DNA of 64,000 bases, from assembly GCF_009914755.1 (NCBI RefSeq), contig NC_060943.1; one strand, written 5' to 3'. The stretch is from the human T2T-CHM13v2.0 reference genome, Homo sapiens. How positions within the stretch are numbered: position 1 is the stretch's first letter; every line of letters starts with the position of its first letter. Under the pieces are notes generated by a model. The model was not told the origin of the DNA. It searched no databases and saw only the letters and a list, made by a program, of their open reading frames with translations. Position numbers and translations under genes: made by a program. Of this stretch, positions 12,805 to 29,199 are shown in pieces.

Positions 12805-12894
12805 CTCATCCCACTGATGACACCACGACGCTCTCTGAGAGACCATCCCCAAGCACAGACGTCCAGACAGACCCCCAGACCCTCAAGCCATCTG
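12805..12894 (+). CDS. FXYD5: FXYD5 exon 6 (AHPTDDTTTLSERPSPSTDVQTDPQTLKPS)
   Basis: ctcag| and |gtcagt; 90 nt, phase 1-1. Confidence 0.96.
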
Positions 12895-13074
12895 GTCAGT
12901 AACTGCCTCCCCAGACTGGAAACAGGCTATTTTCTGTTCACTGTGTATTTCCAGCACCTGGAGTACAGCCCAGCACAGAATAGTTCTCAGTAAAGACGTG
13001 ATGGGAAAGTAAATGACTTCAAGCCAGGCAGAGGCTGGGCACATGATAAATGTCTGAATAGATAAGTGAATGCA

Positions 13075-13300
13075 TAAATTATTGCTGCATACAAACCACC
13101 TAAAAACTCAGTGGCTTAAAAGGATAACCATTTATTTAGCTCTCATTTCTGCAATTTGGAAATCTAGGGTGTGCTCAGCTGGCTGGTTCTTCTGGTTTCA
13201 GCTGGACTTACTCATGCGTCTGAGGTCAGTTGTGGGTCAGCAAGGACCTCTGTTTCTAGGGGCAATTTGATTCTTTCCCTGGTGATCTTATCCACCACTT
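13075..13300. mobile_element. MaLR LTR fragment (MLT1F/H-like), copy 1
   Basis: Aligns by eye with 15085-15300. Confidence 0.55.
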
Positions 13301-13590
13301 CCTGCCCAGTCAGCCCCCCAGTGAATGAATGGAAATGATACGCCCATGGGTCACATAGAGAGCCCATTCATCCATTCATTCAACAAATAGTCACTGAGTA
13401 CTTGTGTGCTAGGCTAGTTCTAGGGGACAGAGATAGAGTGGTGAACAAGCCAGAAAAAATCTCTGCCCTCATGGAACTACTATTCTAGTGGTAAGAGAAA
13501 CACAACAAGAAATAATCATAATTATGTATCAGTTGATTTCAACTTGCTATCAAGAAAAGTAAAGTAGGGTTAGAGAGTGACTGGGGAGTA

Positions 13591-14430
13591 CAGGTTGAGT
13601 ATTCCTTATCCAAAATGCTTTGGACCAGGAGACTTTCAGATTTCAGATTTTAGAATATTTGCATTATACTTACCAGTTCAACTTTCCTGACCCAAAAATC
13701 TGAAGTCCAAAATGTTCCAGTGGGCATTTCCTTTCGGTGTCATGTCAGACTGTTACTGGAAAGGGGTTCCGATCCAGACCCCAAGAAAGGGCTGTTGGAT
13801 CTTGCACAAAAAAAGAATTCAGAGAGTCCATAGAGTTTATTTAGAAAGTAAAGGAATAAAGAATGGCTACTCTATAGGCAGAGCAGCCCCACAGGCTGCT
13901 GGTTGCCTGTTTTTATGGTTGTTTCTTCATTATATGCTAAACAAGGGGTGGATTATTCATGAGTTTTCTGGGAAAGGGGTGGGCAATTCCCGGAACTGAG
14001 GATTCCTCCCCTTTTTATACTGTATAGGGTAACTTCCTGATGTTGCCATGGCATTTGAAACTGTCATGGTGCTGGTAGGAGTGCCTTTTAGCATGCTAAT
14101 GTATTATAACTAATGTATAATGAGCTGTGAGGATGACCAGAGGTCACTGTCATTGCCATCTTGGTTTTGGTGGGTTTTAACTGGCTTCTTTACTGCAACC
14201 TGTTTTATCAGCAAGGCCTTTATGACCTGTATCTCGTGCCGACCTCCTATCTCATCCTGTGACTAACAATGTCTAACCTCTGGGGAATACAGCCCAGTAG
14301 GTCTCAGCCTTATTTTACCCTATTCGAGATGGAGTTGCTCTGGTTCAAACACCCCTGACATGACATCAAAAAGTGTCAGATTTGGGGACATTTTGGATTT
14401 TGGATTTGGGGATTAGGGATAGTCAACCTG
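13591..14430. mobile_element. TcMar-Tigger MITE (Tigger4a/MER46-like), interrupted by MER41B
   Basis: TA|CAGGTTGAGTATTCC...GGGATAGTCAACCTG|TA: terminal inverted repeats with TA TSD; about 226 bp once the LTR is removed. Confidence 0.85.
13751..14360 (-). mobile_element. MER41B solo LTR (ERV1) with tandem GAS motifs
   Basis: TG...CA termini; reverse strand begins TGTCAGGGGTGTTTGAACCAGAGCAACTCCATC; 4-bp TSD agac/tgac; TTCTGGGAA at 13966-13974 and TTCCCGGAA at 13987-13995. Confidence 0.85.
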
Positions 14431-14790
14431 TATTTCATATACAAAACCAGGGAGGGCCCCACTGGGAAGGGAGTGAAGGAGGGAGCCATGCGGATGTCTA
14501 GGGAAAGTGTGTTCCAGGCAGAGGAAACAGCCAGTGCAAAGGCCCTGAGGTGAGAAGGTGTCTGCATGTTCAACAGCAGGGAGGCCAGTAGGGCTGGAGT
14601 GCAGGGAGTGAGGGGGATAGGAAGGAAATGAGATTAGAGGAATAATGGGAGCCAGATTGTGTGCCATGGTGAAGATTTTGGGTTTTGTTCTAAGGGTACC
14701 CAGGTATCCCCCTTTCCTGACTTTGCCATTCACGTATTCACTTCACAAACCTTTGCTGAACCCTGACTTGCTCTTTGTCTGCCTCTCCAG

Positions 14791-14820
14791 GTTTTCATGA
14801 GGATGACCCCTTCTTCTATG
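14791..14820 (+). CDS. FXYD5: FXYD5 exon 7 (GFHEDDPFFY, FXYD motif)
   Basis: ctccag| and |gtaagt; 30 nt; PFFYD signature is completed across the 79-nt intron. Confidence 0.97.
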
Positions 14821-14899
14821 GTAAGTTATCCACAGGAAGATGTGGGGGAAGGAAAGGTGAGGTCCGTCTGACTCTACCCCTTCATTTTTCTCTCTGCAG

Positions 14900-14974
14900 A
14901 TGAACACACCCTCCGGAAACGGGGGCTGTTGGTCGCAGCTGTGCTGTTCATCACAGGCATCATCATCCTCACCA
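14900..14974 (+). CDS. FXYD5: FXYD5 exon 8 (DEHTLRKRGLLVAAVLFITGIIILT, transmembrane helix)
   Basis: tgcag| and A|gtgaga; 75 nt; FXYD-family TM segment with the two conserved glycines. Confidence 0.97.
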
Positions 14975-15079
14975 GTGAGAACTGGGGTTGGGTGGGAAGG
15001 ACACCAAGACCAGGAGGGGGACTTATGACGGAGGGCTGGGTTCTCAAAGGTCCCTGGGCAATTTTGTTTTAAATGAGGT

Positions 15080-15560
15080 ATCTATTAGCTGCATATCCAT
15101 ACAAACCACCACAGAATTCAGTGGTTTAAAATAATGACCATTTATTGAGCTCTCAATACCACAGTTTGGAAACATAGGCTGGGCTCAGCTGGGTGATTCT
15201 TCTGGTCTCAACTGGATTTACTCTTGCATCTGAGTTCAGTTGTGGGTCAGCAGGAAACTTTGTTTCTGGGGTGCCTTGGCTCTTTGCCACATCATCTTAT
15301 CCTTCACTAAGCTAGCCTGGGCTTGTTCGCATGGTGGTGGCAGGGAGCTAAGATAGAGTGAATGCATGCAGGCTCAGAACTGGCCATTATCACTTCTGCC
15401 TCATTCCATAGGTCAAAGCAAGTCATGAGGCTGGGTTTCATTCAAGGAAATAGACTCCACCTCTTGATGGGAAGATAGGCAAAGTCACATGGCAAAGGAC
15501 ATGGATACTGACAGGGAGGGGTAGAGACTAAGGGCCATTTGGCGGTCAGCATACCACCCC
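15080..15560. mobile_element. MaLR LTR (MLT1F/H-like), copy 2
   Basis: catacaaaccac...ctcagctgg...cagttgtgggtcagca shared with 13075-13300. Confidence 0.55.
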
Positions 15561-16583
15561 AGCAGTCACAAGCCCACTGCACCCAGGCCTGGCAGGGAAC
15601 AAGGGCTGAAAAAGGCTGTGTCAGGAGGAGATAACTGAGGATTAAATGCCTCATGGAACAACCCCACCCACTCAATCCAGCAAGAATAGAGGCTTGAAGC
15701 AGCCAGAGTAACTACTCTTTTAAGAGCTTAATGTTTCTGTAAAATCTTTTGGTACTCAAATGTTGACAGCTGTGTTGATCAGGGTCATGGCAGGTGGCAG
15801 AAGGACCTGCAAACGATTAACTGGAGAAAGTTTAATAGAGTGATATCTCTGGAGGTACAGGCAGGGCAATGAGATGGTGCAGTGCCCTAGGACTAGCAAG
15901 GATGGGGACCTGTTATCCCCCAGCCTGAGGGACGAGAGGAGGCACTGGCTTTGCAGGAGGCCTGGTGAGAGATGGAACTGGAGGTGGGGCTGCTGGCAGG
16001 AGCTGTGGCCTCAGAAAGAGGGTTCCAGCCACTGCCTCACTTGTGACCAAACCAGGAGGGAGCAGGGGTGGTGGGGATCAGATACCTAAACCTCCCTCTC
16101 CTCCCACCCCCCTGTCTCCTGCCAAGGCTTAACCAGAGGGCAAGGGGCCCAGGGCCCCATGCAGGGAGAGGAAGTTGTGGGGAAAGGCAGAATAACAAGC
16201 AGAGAAACTAATTTTTTAAAAAGGTTTTTAAAATGTTGTGGGTGAAATAAAACACGAGCTATCAGTTAATCTGTATAACCAATGCCAAGTTTCATTACCT
16301 CTCTTGTCCAACTTCCTCATCAAGAAAATGAGCATAGCCACATCTTTTTTTGCCTTAAGGGGAGAGGCAGAATTCTAACAATCATAAGACATGATTCCTG
16401 ATGTGTGCGTGATCCCCACTGAATCTGAGAGTCAAGCACTGTTGCCTCGGTCATACAACATGTATGTGTTGATCCTGACTTTGCACCAGGTCCTATTCTC
16501 ACCCCAGTGGAGAAGTTAAGGCTCAGAGAGTTAAGGAGTTTGCCTAAGGTCACACAGCACAGAAGAGTCAGTAAATTCATTTG

Positions 16584-16737
16584 CTGGCGGGACACGGTGG
16601 CTCACTCCTGTAATCCCAGTACTTTGGGAGGCCAAGGTGGGAGGATGGCTTGAGCCCAGGGGTTCAAGACCAGCATGGGCAAAATAGCAAGACCCTATCT
16701 CTACACAAATAATTTTTTTTACTTAAAAAAAAAAAAG
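16584..16737 (+). mobile_element. Alu left monomer (FLAM-like) inside a MIR
   Basis: Single monomer plus A-tail; MIR motifs on both sides. Confidence 0.8.
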
Positions 16738-17422
16738 AATCAGTGAAGGATTGGACCCAGGTTTGTGTGAGAGCAGAGCCTGAACGTTAGCTCTGGGGCC
16801 ATGTATTTTTCCAACAGCAAATATTTGTGGGCACCTAGTCTGTGCCAAACCTGTGCTGGGTGATGCTGGGGGCATGGTGGTGACAAGCAGCCCTGGTCCC
16901 TGTCCTCAGGAGCTCACATCTGGTCGAAGATGATAAGCAAATAAATGCATGAATGAGTGGATACAGAGAAAGATATTTGCCAAATAAAGCAGAGTGACAG
17001 GGAAGAGAGGGGTGGGGAGAGAAGCCCTCCCTGGAGTGGTGAAATTGGAACTGATCCCTGATGATGAGATGAATCACCAGGTAGAGAGAGCAGCAAGTGC
17101 CAAGCCCTGGAGGCAGGAATGAGCTGCGCCCATTGCTATAGCAGCAGAGGAGGCAAAGTAGCCAGGACAGGGTAGGTTGGGGGAGAGGAGAAGACGAGGC
17201 CAGAGAGCTGAGGGGCTGGAGGAGGCAAGGGTGGCAGGTGTTTTCTAAAGTACCCTTGGCTTCTAAGTTCCCCCTCCCTCACTCTGGAGCAGCCACAGAT
17301 GAGTCTCTGGAACCCATCTGTGTCCTCGTACCTCAAGGCCTTTGCGCTGCTGTTCCCTCTGCCTGTAACACCCTTCCTCCAGGTGTCTCCCTTACGTCCT
17401 TCAGACCTTTGTTCAAATGTCA

Positions 17423-18091
<669 letters not shown>

Positions 18092-18215
18092 TTATGGAGT
18101 TGCCTTTGAGTTTCCCGAGGGGCAGGGTTGATCAATCTGGTTCCCCAGCCCCACAACACACGATAAGAATCAATATCACTCTAGCTCGTGACTGAATCAT
18201 TTCCTTCACCCACAG

Positions 18216-18265
18216 GTGGCAAGTGCAGGCAGCTGTCCCGGTTATGCCGGAATCATTGCAGGTGA
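18216..18265 (+). CDS. FXYD5: FXYD5 exon 9 coding part (SGKCRQLSRLCRNHCR*)
   Basis: cacag| at 18215; TGA at 18263-18265. Exon lengths sum to 61+81+57+93+90+30+75+50 = 537 nt = 178 aa + stop. Confidence 0.97.
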
Positions 18266-18509
18266 GTCCATCAGAAACAGGAGCTGACAACCTGCTGGGC
18301 ACCCGAAGACCAAGCCCCCTGCCAGCTCACCGTGCCCAGCCTCCTGCATCCCCTCGAAGAGCCTGGCCAGAGAGGGAAGACACAGATGATGAAGCTGGAG
18401 CCAGGGCTGCCGGTCCGAGTCTCCTACCTCCCCCAACCCTGCCCGCCCCTGAAGGCTACCTGGCGCCTTGGGGGCTGTCCCTCAAGTTATCTCCTCTGCT
18501 AAGACAAAA

Positions 18510-18515
18510 AGTAAA
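18510..18515 (+). terminator. FXYD5: FXYD5 probable polyadenylation signal (variant AGTAAA)
   Basis: First PAS-like hexamer after the stop; canonical AATAAA also at 18603-18608 and 18929-18934. Confidence 0.6.
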
Positions 18516-18613
18516 GCACTGTGGTCTTTGCCCCAGGATCTCTGATCATTTGGGACAGGGGAGTGGAAAGAGGAGGCAGGGGCTGCCTCAGGGCCCTCAA
18601 GGAATAAAGCAAA

Positions 18614-18909
<296 letters not shown>

Positions 18910-19689
18910 ATAACAAGCCAAGGCAGGGAATAAAGTTAGGGAAGCCAGTCTAGTGTGTGGCAGACAGGATGGCGGTGGGCGGTTGCAGGTGAGTCTGTGT
19001 GCTGGGTGACTGGCCAGAGAGAGAGTCAGGGCTGGCTTCTGCCTGCAGTCAGTTTGAGAACACTGGCGTGGTCCCCATAAGGGAGCAGGTACCCAGTGTC
19101 AGCTCACCCCTAACATTTTTAAGGGTTTGGAGGTCCCAGATCACAGGGATCCCCTCTCCTTCCTACTTCTAGTCCCTTCCCACACCGGGAGGGGCGTTGC
19201 ACACATGAGTGTGGATGCCACAGCCTGCACCTCCAAGCTCTATCCACAGCCCCCAATACACAAATGGCCACCCTCCAGGGCACTTCTTGGCTTAGGAATG
19301 TGTCCACCAAGAAGGCCCTGCAGGCCCCAGCATGGGCGCAGAGCAATTTGGGAGAGGAATTCAGGGGTCCTAGGGATCTAGAACATGGTCGAGAAGAGCA
19401 TAGGTGCTGGTGGGCACTTCCTGAAGGCCCTTGGGCTCGACCAGATTAGGCCAGAGCAGGTCCCCTGAAGTGCAGGACTTAGACCAGAGCTCTACTCAGG
19501 CTTAAGGGTCGTGCCAAAATCAAGAGACAAGGTCCCGGTCACAGGGCTTACATAACAGTGTTTCACAACTTCAGGTCATAGCCCATTCATGGGTTACTAA
19601 ATCAGTTTAGTGGGCTCTGAGTAGCATAAGAAAAAAGAGAGAAAGAAAGAATAATTTTTAAAAGACATTAGTATATCACTAATAAATGT

Positions 19690-19925
19690 AAGATTGTATA
19701 TATATAATATACATAGCATGTCATATACATCATATGCAATATAATTATATATAATGTATAGAATATGACAATTATAACATATAATTGTTATTAATGCATC
19801 ACTATAAATGTTATTACTGCATCACTAATCTCAAATATAAGACTGTATATATAATATGTAGCATGTTATATACATTATATATGTATGCATATCTTCATTA
19901 CAATATGTATATTATACATATACAG
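19690..19925. repeat. AT-rich (TA)-type low complexity
   Basis: Degenerate tatata/atat runs. Confidence 0.8.
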
Positions 19926-19936
19926 GGGGTTACTAA

Positions 19937-20352
<416 letters not shown>

Positions 20353-20838
20353 TGATTATATATATTAAGTTGAATAATTTGAAAATGTCAATATTCAAAT
20401 GTGTTTGACCTATAAAACTAGCAATGTCATATGGCTCAACCTAACAGTATACATGATAGTGTGATATGAAATGCATTTCATACTGCAGGTTGCTTTTTGA
20501 AAACATTGAGAAGCACTGGGCAGTGGGGGACATAGGTTGTGGCAGGGAAGATACATTTCCGGTTAGAACAGGAAATGCTGGCAGCTACGTTTGCCTGCTG
20601 GCTGGGTGGTGGCCACACCAGTGTGTGCAAGATGTTTCTAGTACGATAGTTCTCAAACTTCAATCATCACATATTCCCAACTTATGACATATTTTCACCC
20701 CATCTGTACTATTATTCTCTCTTTTAAAAGATCAACTCCCTTTTTAGTTTAAACATATTTATTTTAAAAGCCACAATCATGTATGGAAAATCAGTACTGC
20801 TTGATATAGATAGAAGATAGCTATAAAGATAAATCCAA

Positions 20839-21141
20839 GGCCAGGCGCAGTGGCTCACGCCTGTAATCTCAGCACTTTGGGAGGGAGACCGAGGTGGGTA
20901 GATTATTTGGGGTCAGGAGTAAGAGACCAGCCTGGCCAAGATGGTGAAACCCTGTCTCTACTATATAAAAATACAAAAATTAGCTAGGCGTGGTGTCGCA
21001 CGCCTGTAGTCCCAGCTACCCAGGAAGCTGAAGCACAAAAATTGCTCGAACTCAGGAGGCAGAGGCTGCCGTTAGCTGAGATCGTGTCACTGCACTCCAG
21101 CCTGGGTGACAGAGTGAGACTCTGTCAAATAAATAAATAAA
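20839..21141 (+). mobile_element. AluS
   Basis: Alu consensus; TSD-like ATAAATCCA. Confidence 0.9.
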
Positions 21142-21329
21142 TCCAGTGAAAAGAAATGAAGATGTTATGTTGCATTCTAGCTGGGTCTGGAGTTTCTTGC
21201 AGAGGGCTGTGAACCAGAGGCCTGGGTCTGTGGTGTTGGAGGGAGACCCTCAAATATCAGGGAGGTGATCTTCACGCTGCTGCCCAAAGAAACTGCAGGG
21301 TTTGGGAGTTTCTTTGGAACTCTCAGCTC

Positions 21330-21902
21330 TGACTGTGAGTCTCACTTCTGACACCAGCTGCGGGTTTGAGGGTTCCCGAGGGTTTGACAATTCACTACAA
21401 GGACTCACGGAACTCACCGAATGCTCTCAGACTCACAGTTAGGGTTTATTATAGTGAAAGGAAACAGATGAAAGCCAGCCAAGGACAGAGACACATGCGG
21501 AAGCATCCAGGAATGTCCCAAGTGCAAAGCTTCCAGCTGTCTCCTCCCAGCGCTGTCTTCTGCGGGCACCCATGTGGGACAGTACACGCAGAGTGTTGCC
21601 AATCAGGGAAACCCACTCGAGCCTTGGCGTCCAGAGTTTTTACTGGGGCTCAGTCACATAGACGTAATTGACCACACGTGTGGCCGACATTAGTTTCCAG
21701 CCCCTCCAGGGGTGGAGCTGATACTGTGTGGCCCACATTCCTCAATGGAAATCACACTGTTAGAAATGATCTGGTGTGGCCCTAGGTCCCTATGTAAATA
21801 GAGACACTCTTATCAGGCAGAACATTCCAAGGGCTTAGAGATTACCTTCCAACAGCAAGGCCAGAAGTCAGCCCTTTGGGGTAAAATTAATTCCTTACTA
21901 TA
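21330..21902. mobile_element. MER21-family LTR
   Basis: cacttctgacaccagctgc..., ggactcacggaactcac..., tttattatagtgaaagg motifs; related to 42200-43640. Confidence 0.6.
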
Positions 21903-21947
21903 GAGACTTTCTCCCTCATCTCATTTGATGGATTAAGAGATATTCAA

Positions 21948-22243
21948 GGCCGGGCGCTGTGGCTCATGCCTGTAATCCCAGCACTTTGGGAGGCCGAGGC
22001 AGGTGGATGACCTGAGGTCAGAAGTTCGAGACCAGCATGGCCAACATGATGAAACCCCATCTCTACTAAAAATACAAAAAATAGCCAAGCATGGTGGTGC
22101 ATGCTGTAGTCCAGCTACTCAGGAGGCTGAGGCAGGATAATCGCTTGAACCCAAGAGGTGGAGCTTTCAGTGAGCCGAGATCACACCACTGCACTCCAGC
22201 CTGGGTGACAGAGTGAGACTCCATCTCAAAAACAAACAAAACA
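21948..22243 (+). mobile_element. AluS
   Basis: TSD TAAGAGATATTCAA on both sides. Confidence 0.94.
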
Positions 22244-22694
22244 TAAGAGATATTCAAAGGTGATTTACTTTCTGACCATGTGACTCAACATGATTTTACC
22301 TTGTTTGGGGCCTAAAGCCATGTCGTGTGCTACCACGTCAGTTCAGGAGAATACCTGACAGCTTCCTTGCGCAGAATAGAGGCGGTACTAACTCAAGGGG
22401 GGATGAGTGGGGTTGGCCCTCGGTGTTCTCTCGCCACTCATTCTATCTTCCATGGGGTCGGGATGAAAACGCCAATACTATGTTTCCCAGATGCGCTCAA
22501 AGATGTGGTTTTGGGTGTGGATTCAGCTCTGCGAATTAGAGGCCCTCACAGAAGACTTGGAAGACCAAAAGAGACCATCTTTCTGTGCCATTTGCTGTTT
22601 GCTGTGAGCTCATAGGATGGTGAAAGTGTTGAGTTTTTTTGGCTGTACCATTCCAGTGTCCAGTCACTAGCCTCGTAGGTACTAAAAGGCAGTT

Positions 22695-24913
<2,219 letters not shown>

Positions 24914-25254
24914 AAATAGGCAGTTCTGTCCTGGGTGGTGATGATTTTCTGATCCCTGGATCTCAGACAGAGCAGCCAGATGCTGAAGCTGACGTGTACA
25001 ATGGGGGCTCCTGATTAGGGTGGAGGGAGAAGCTCCTTGGGCAAGTCAGTCTGCTCATGTTGTGGAATCATTTGCAGTCTTCACTTAGAGCGCACTCCAC
25101 CAGCCTTTCCAAAGAGCTTGTCAACCTCTAATTCCTTATGCCAAGCCAGACCAATTTTGCTTAAAATTGACAGTCACAAATAATCTCAAAATCTCGTGGC
25201 TTACAACAAAGGTTTGTTTCTCGCTCTCACTACATGTCCCTCACGGTTCAGCTA

Positions 25255-25890
<636 letters not shown>

Positions 25891-26077
25891 ATGTTTCTGG
25901 TTATCATAGCAGGCAGAAGGCAGAACAAGGAACAAGGTGAGACACACACTGGCTCTTATAGCCTCTGTCAGGAAGGGACACACCTCATTTCTGCTCACAT
26001 TGTCATTATCGAAAGCAAATCACACGGGCACATTTGAGTTCAACAGCACAGAACATTACAATCTTCTTATAGGAAGG

Positions 26078-26419
26078 TATATTAATCTGTTTTCATGCTG
26101 CTGATAAAGACATATCTGAGATTGGGAAACTTACAAAAGAAAGAACTTTATTGGATTTACAGTTCCACGTGGCTGGGGAGGCCTCAATCATGGCAGAAGG
26201 TGAAAGGCACGTCTCACATGGTGGCAGACAAGAGAAGAGAGCTTGTGCAGGGAAACTCCCCTTTTTAAAACCCTCAGACCTCATGAGACTCATTCACCAT
26301 CACAAGACCAGCAAGAGAAAGACCTGCCCTTATGATTCAACCACCTTCCACTGGGCCCCTCCCACAATATGTGAAAATTCAAGATAAGATTTGGGTGGGG
26401 GCACAGCCAAACCACATCA
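26078..26419 (-). mobile_element. THE1 (MaLR) solo LTR
   Basis: THE1 consensus (tgctgataaagacat...cacagccaaaccacatca); perfect 5-bp TSD GAAGG at 26073-26077 and 26420-26424. Confidence 0.9.
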
Positions 26420-27056
26420 GAAGGGAACTGGGTATTGATGGGCAGTAATATTGTTTACTGCAAAGGACATTTATTATCTCACATAGCAAGAGTTCTAGAG
26501 GCAGAAACTGTATTCAGCTTCAGGAGACAGCCAGAAACAACGACTTAAACAGGTTATTTATTCCTCTCTCACATAGCAGAACTCTGAAGTACATAGTGCA
26601 AGGCTGGGAAAGAGGATCCCTAATATCATAAGGGACCAGACTTGCTGCTCTGCCACCCTAAGCATGTGGCCTGAAGCCTCAAGATCACAAAATAGCTGCA
26701 GAAGCCTCAGCCATCATGCCACATTCCAGGAAAAAAATCAAGAAGGGGAAAAAAAAGTGAGAAAGGAAAGGCACCACTAGGTGATTCAGCTCCTTTTAAA
26801 GAGACTTCCCAAGACTCCCTCCCAAAGATTTCTACTTCCTTCGGATTGCTACCTCTAATTGCAAAGGACACAGAAATGTGGTCTTTTAGCTGAGTCCGTG
26901 ACACCCCAAATACCATCAAGGAAAATAATTGCCCTCAGGAATTTGTTGATTAGGATGCTGAGAAGGATGGGGAGCTGCCACCAAGTCAGGAGATGGAGCC
27001 TCAAGTCATTTTTACTCCAATGTAAAAGGAAAAGATAACTGTTAAGACTGGGGGTT

Positions 27057-27351
<295 letters not shown>

Positions 27352-27821
27352 CTGGTCGTTTTTGAAACTTCCAGAGGACAGCAGCACTGATTCTCAGACT
27401 TGATAGAGACTTCCAGACATCACTTCAACAGCGCCTCCAATGCTCTCCAATGCTACCCAATCCCTTTCTGGCAAAAGACATCTTTTTCTGTGGCATCATG
27501 GTCTGAAGTGAAGCCTCCTCCTCCTCCACCCTTACATCAGGGGAGATATCTTGCCAGGAGCTAATGGAGTGGATGTTGTAATTCAGCTAGCCTCCTGAGT
27601 ACAATTCTGTCAAGGTTCTTGTTTTGAAATTGAGGCCAGATCACATTAACTGGAAGGAATCTGCCTTTTCTCATCTGACACTAGATTGTGCTTTTCTTGG
27701 AGGTGTTGAGGATGACCTCCAATGATTGCTTTGGTAAAGTCTGTTGGCTTCTCAAGAAGTTATTGAGTCAAGGACTCCAGCTGCTGATGGTGGGAGGTTA
27801 AACAGGGTTTGAAACATCGCC

Positions 27822-28786
<965 letters not shown>

Positions 28787-28791
28787 GAATT

Positions 28792-29155
<364 letters not shown>

Positions 29156-29199
29156 GAGATCTGGTTTTTCTAGAATTGGTTCTCTAATTAAATTGAAAG

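Larger units (their letters stand above)
13360..14700. mobile_element. L2 fragment split by the Tigger4/MER41 insertions
   Basis: L2 3' motifs cattcattcaacaaatagtcactgag (13370) and gttccaggcagaggaaacagccagtgcaaaggccctgagg (14510). Confidence 0.7.
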
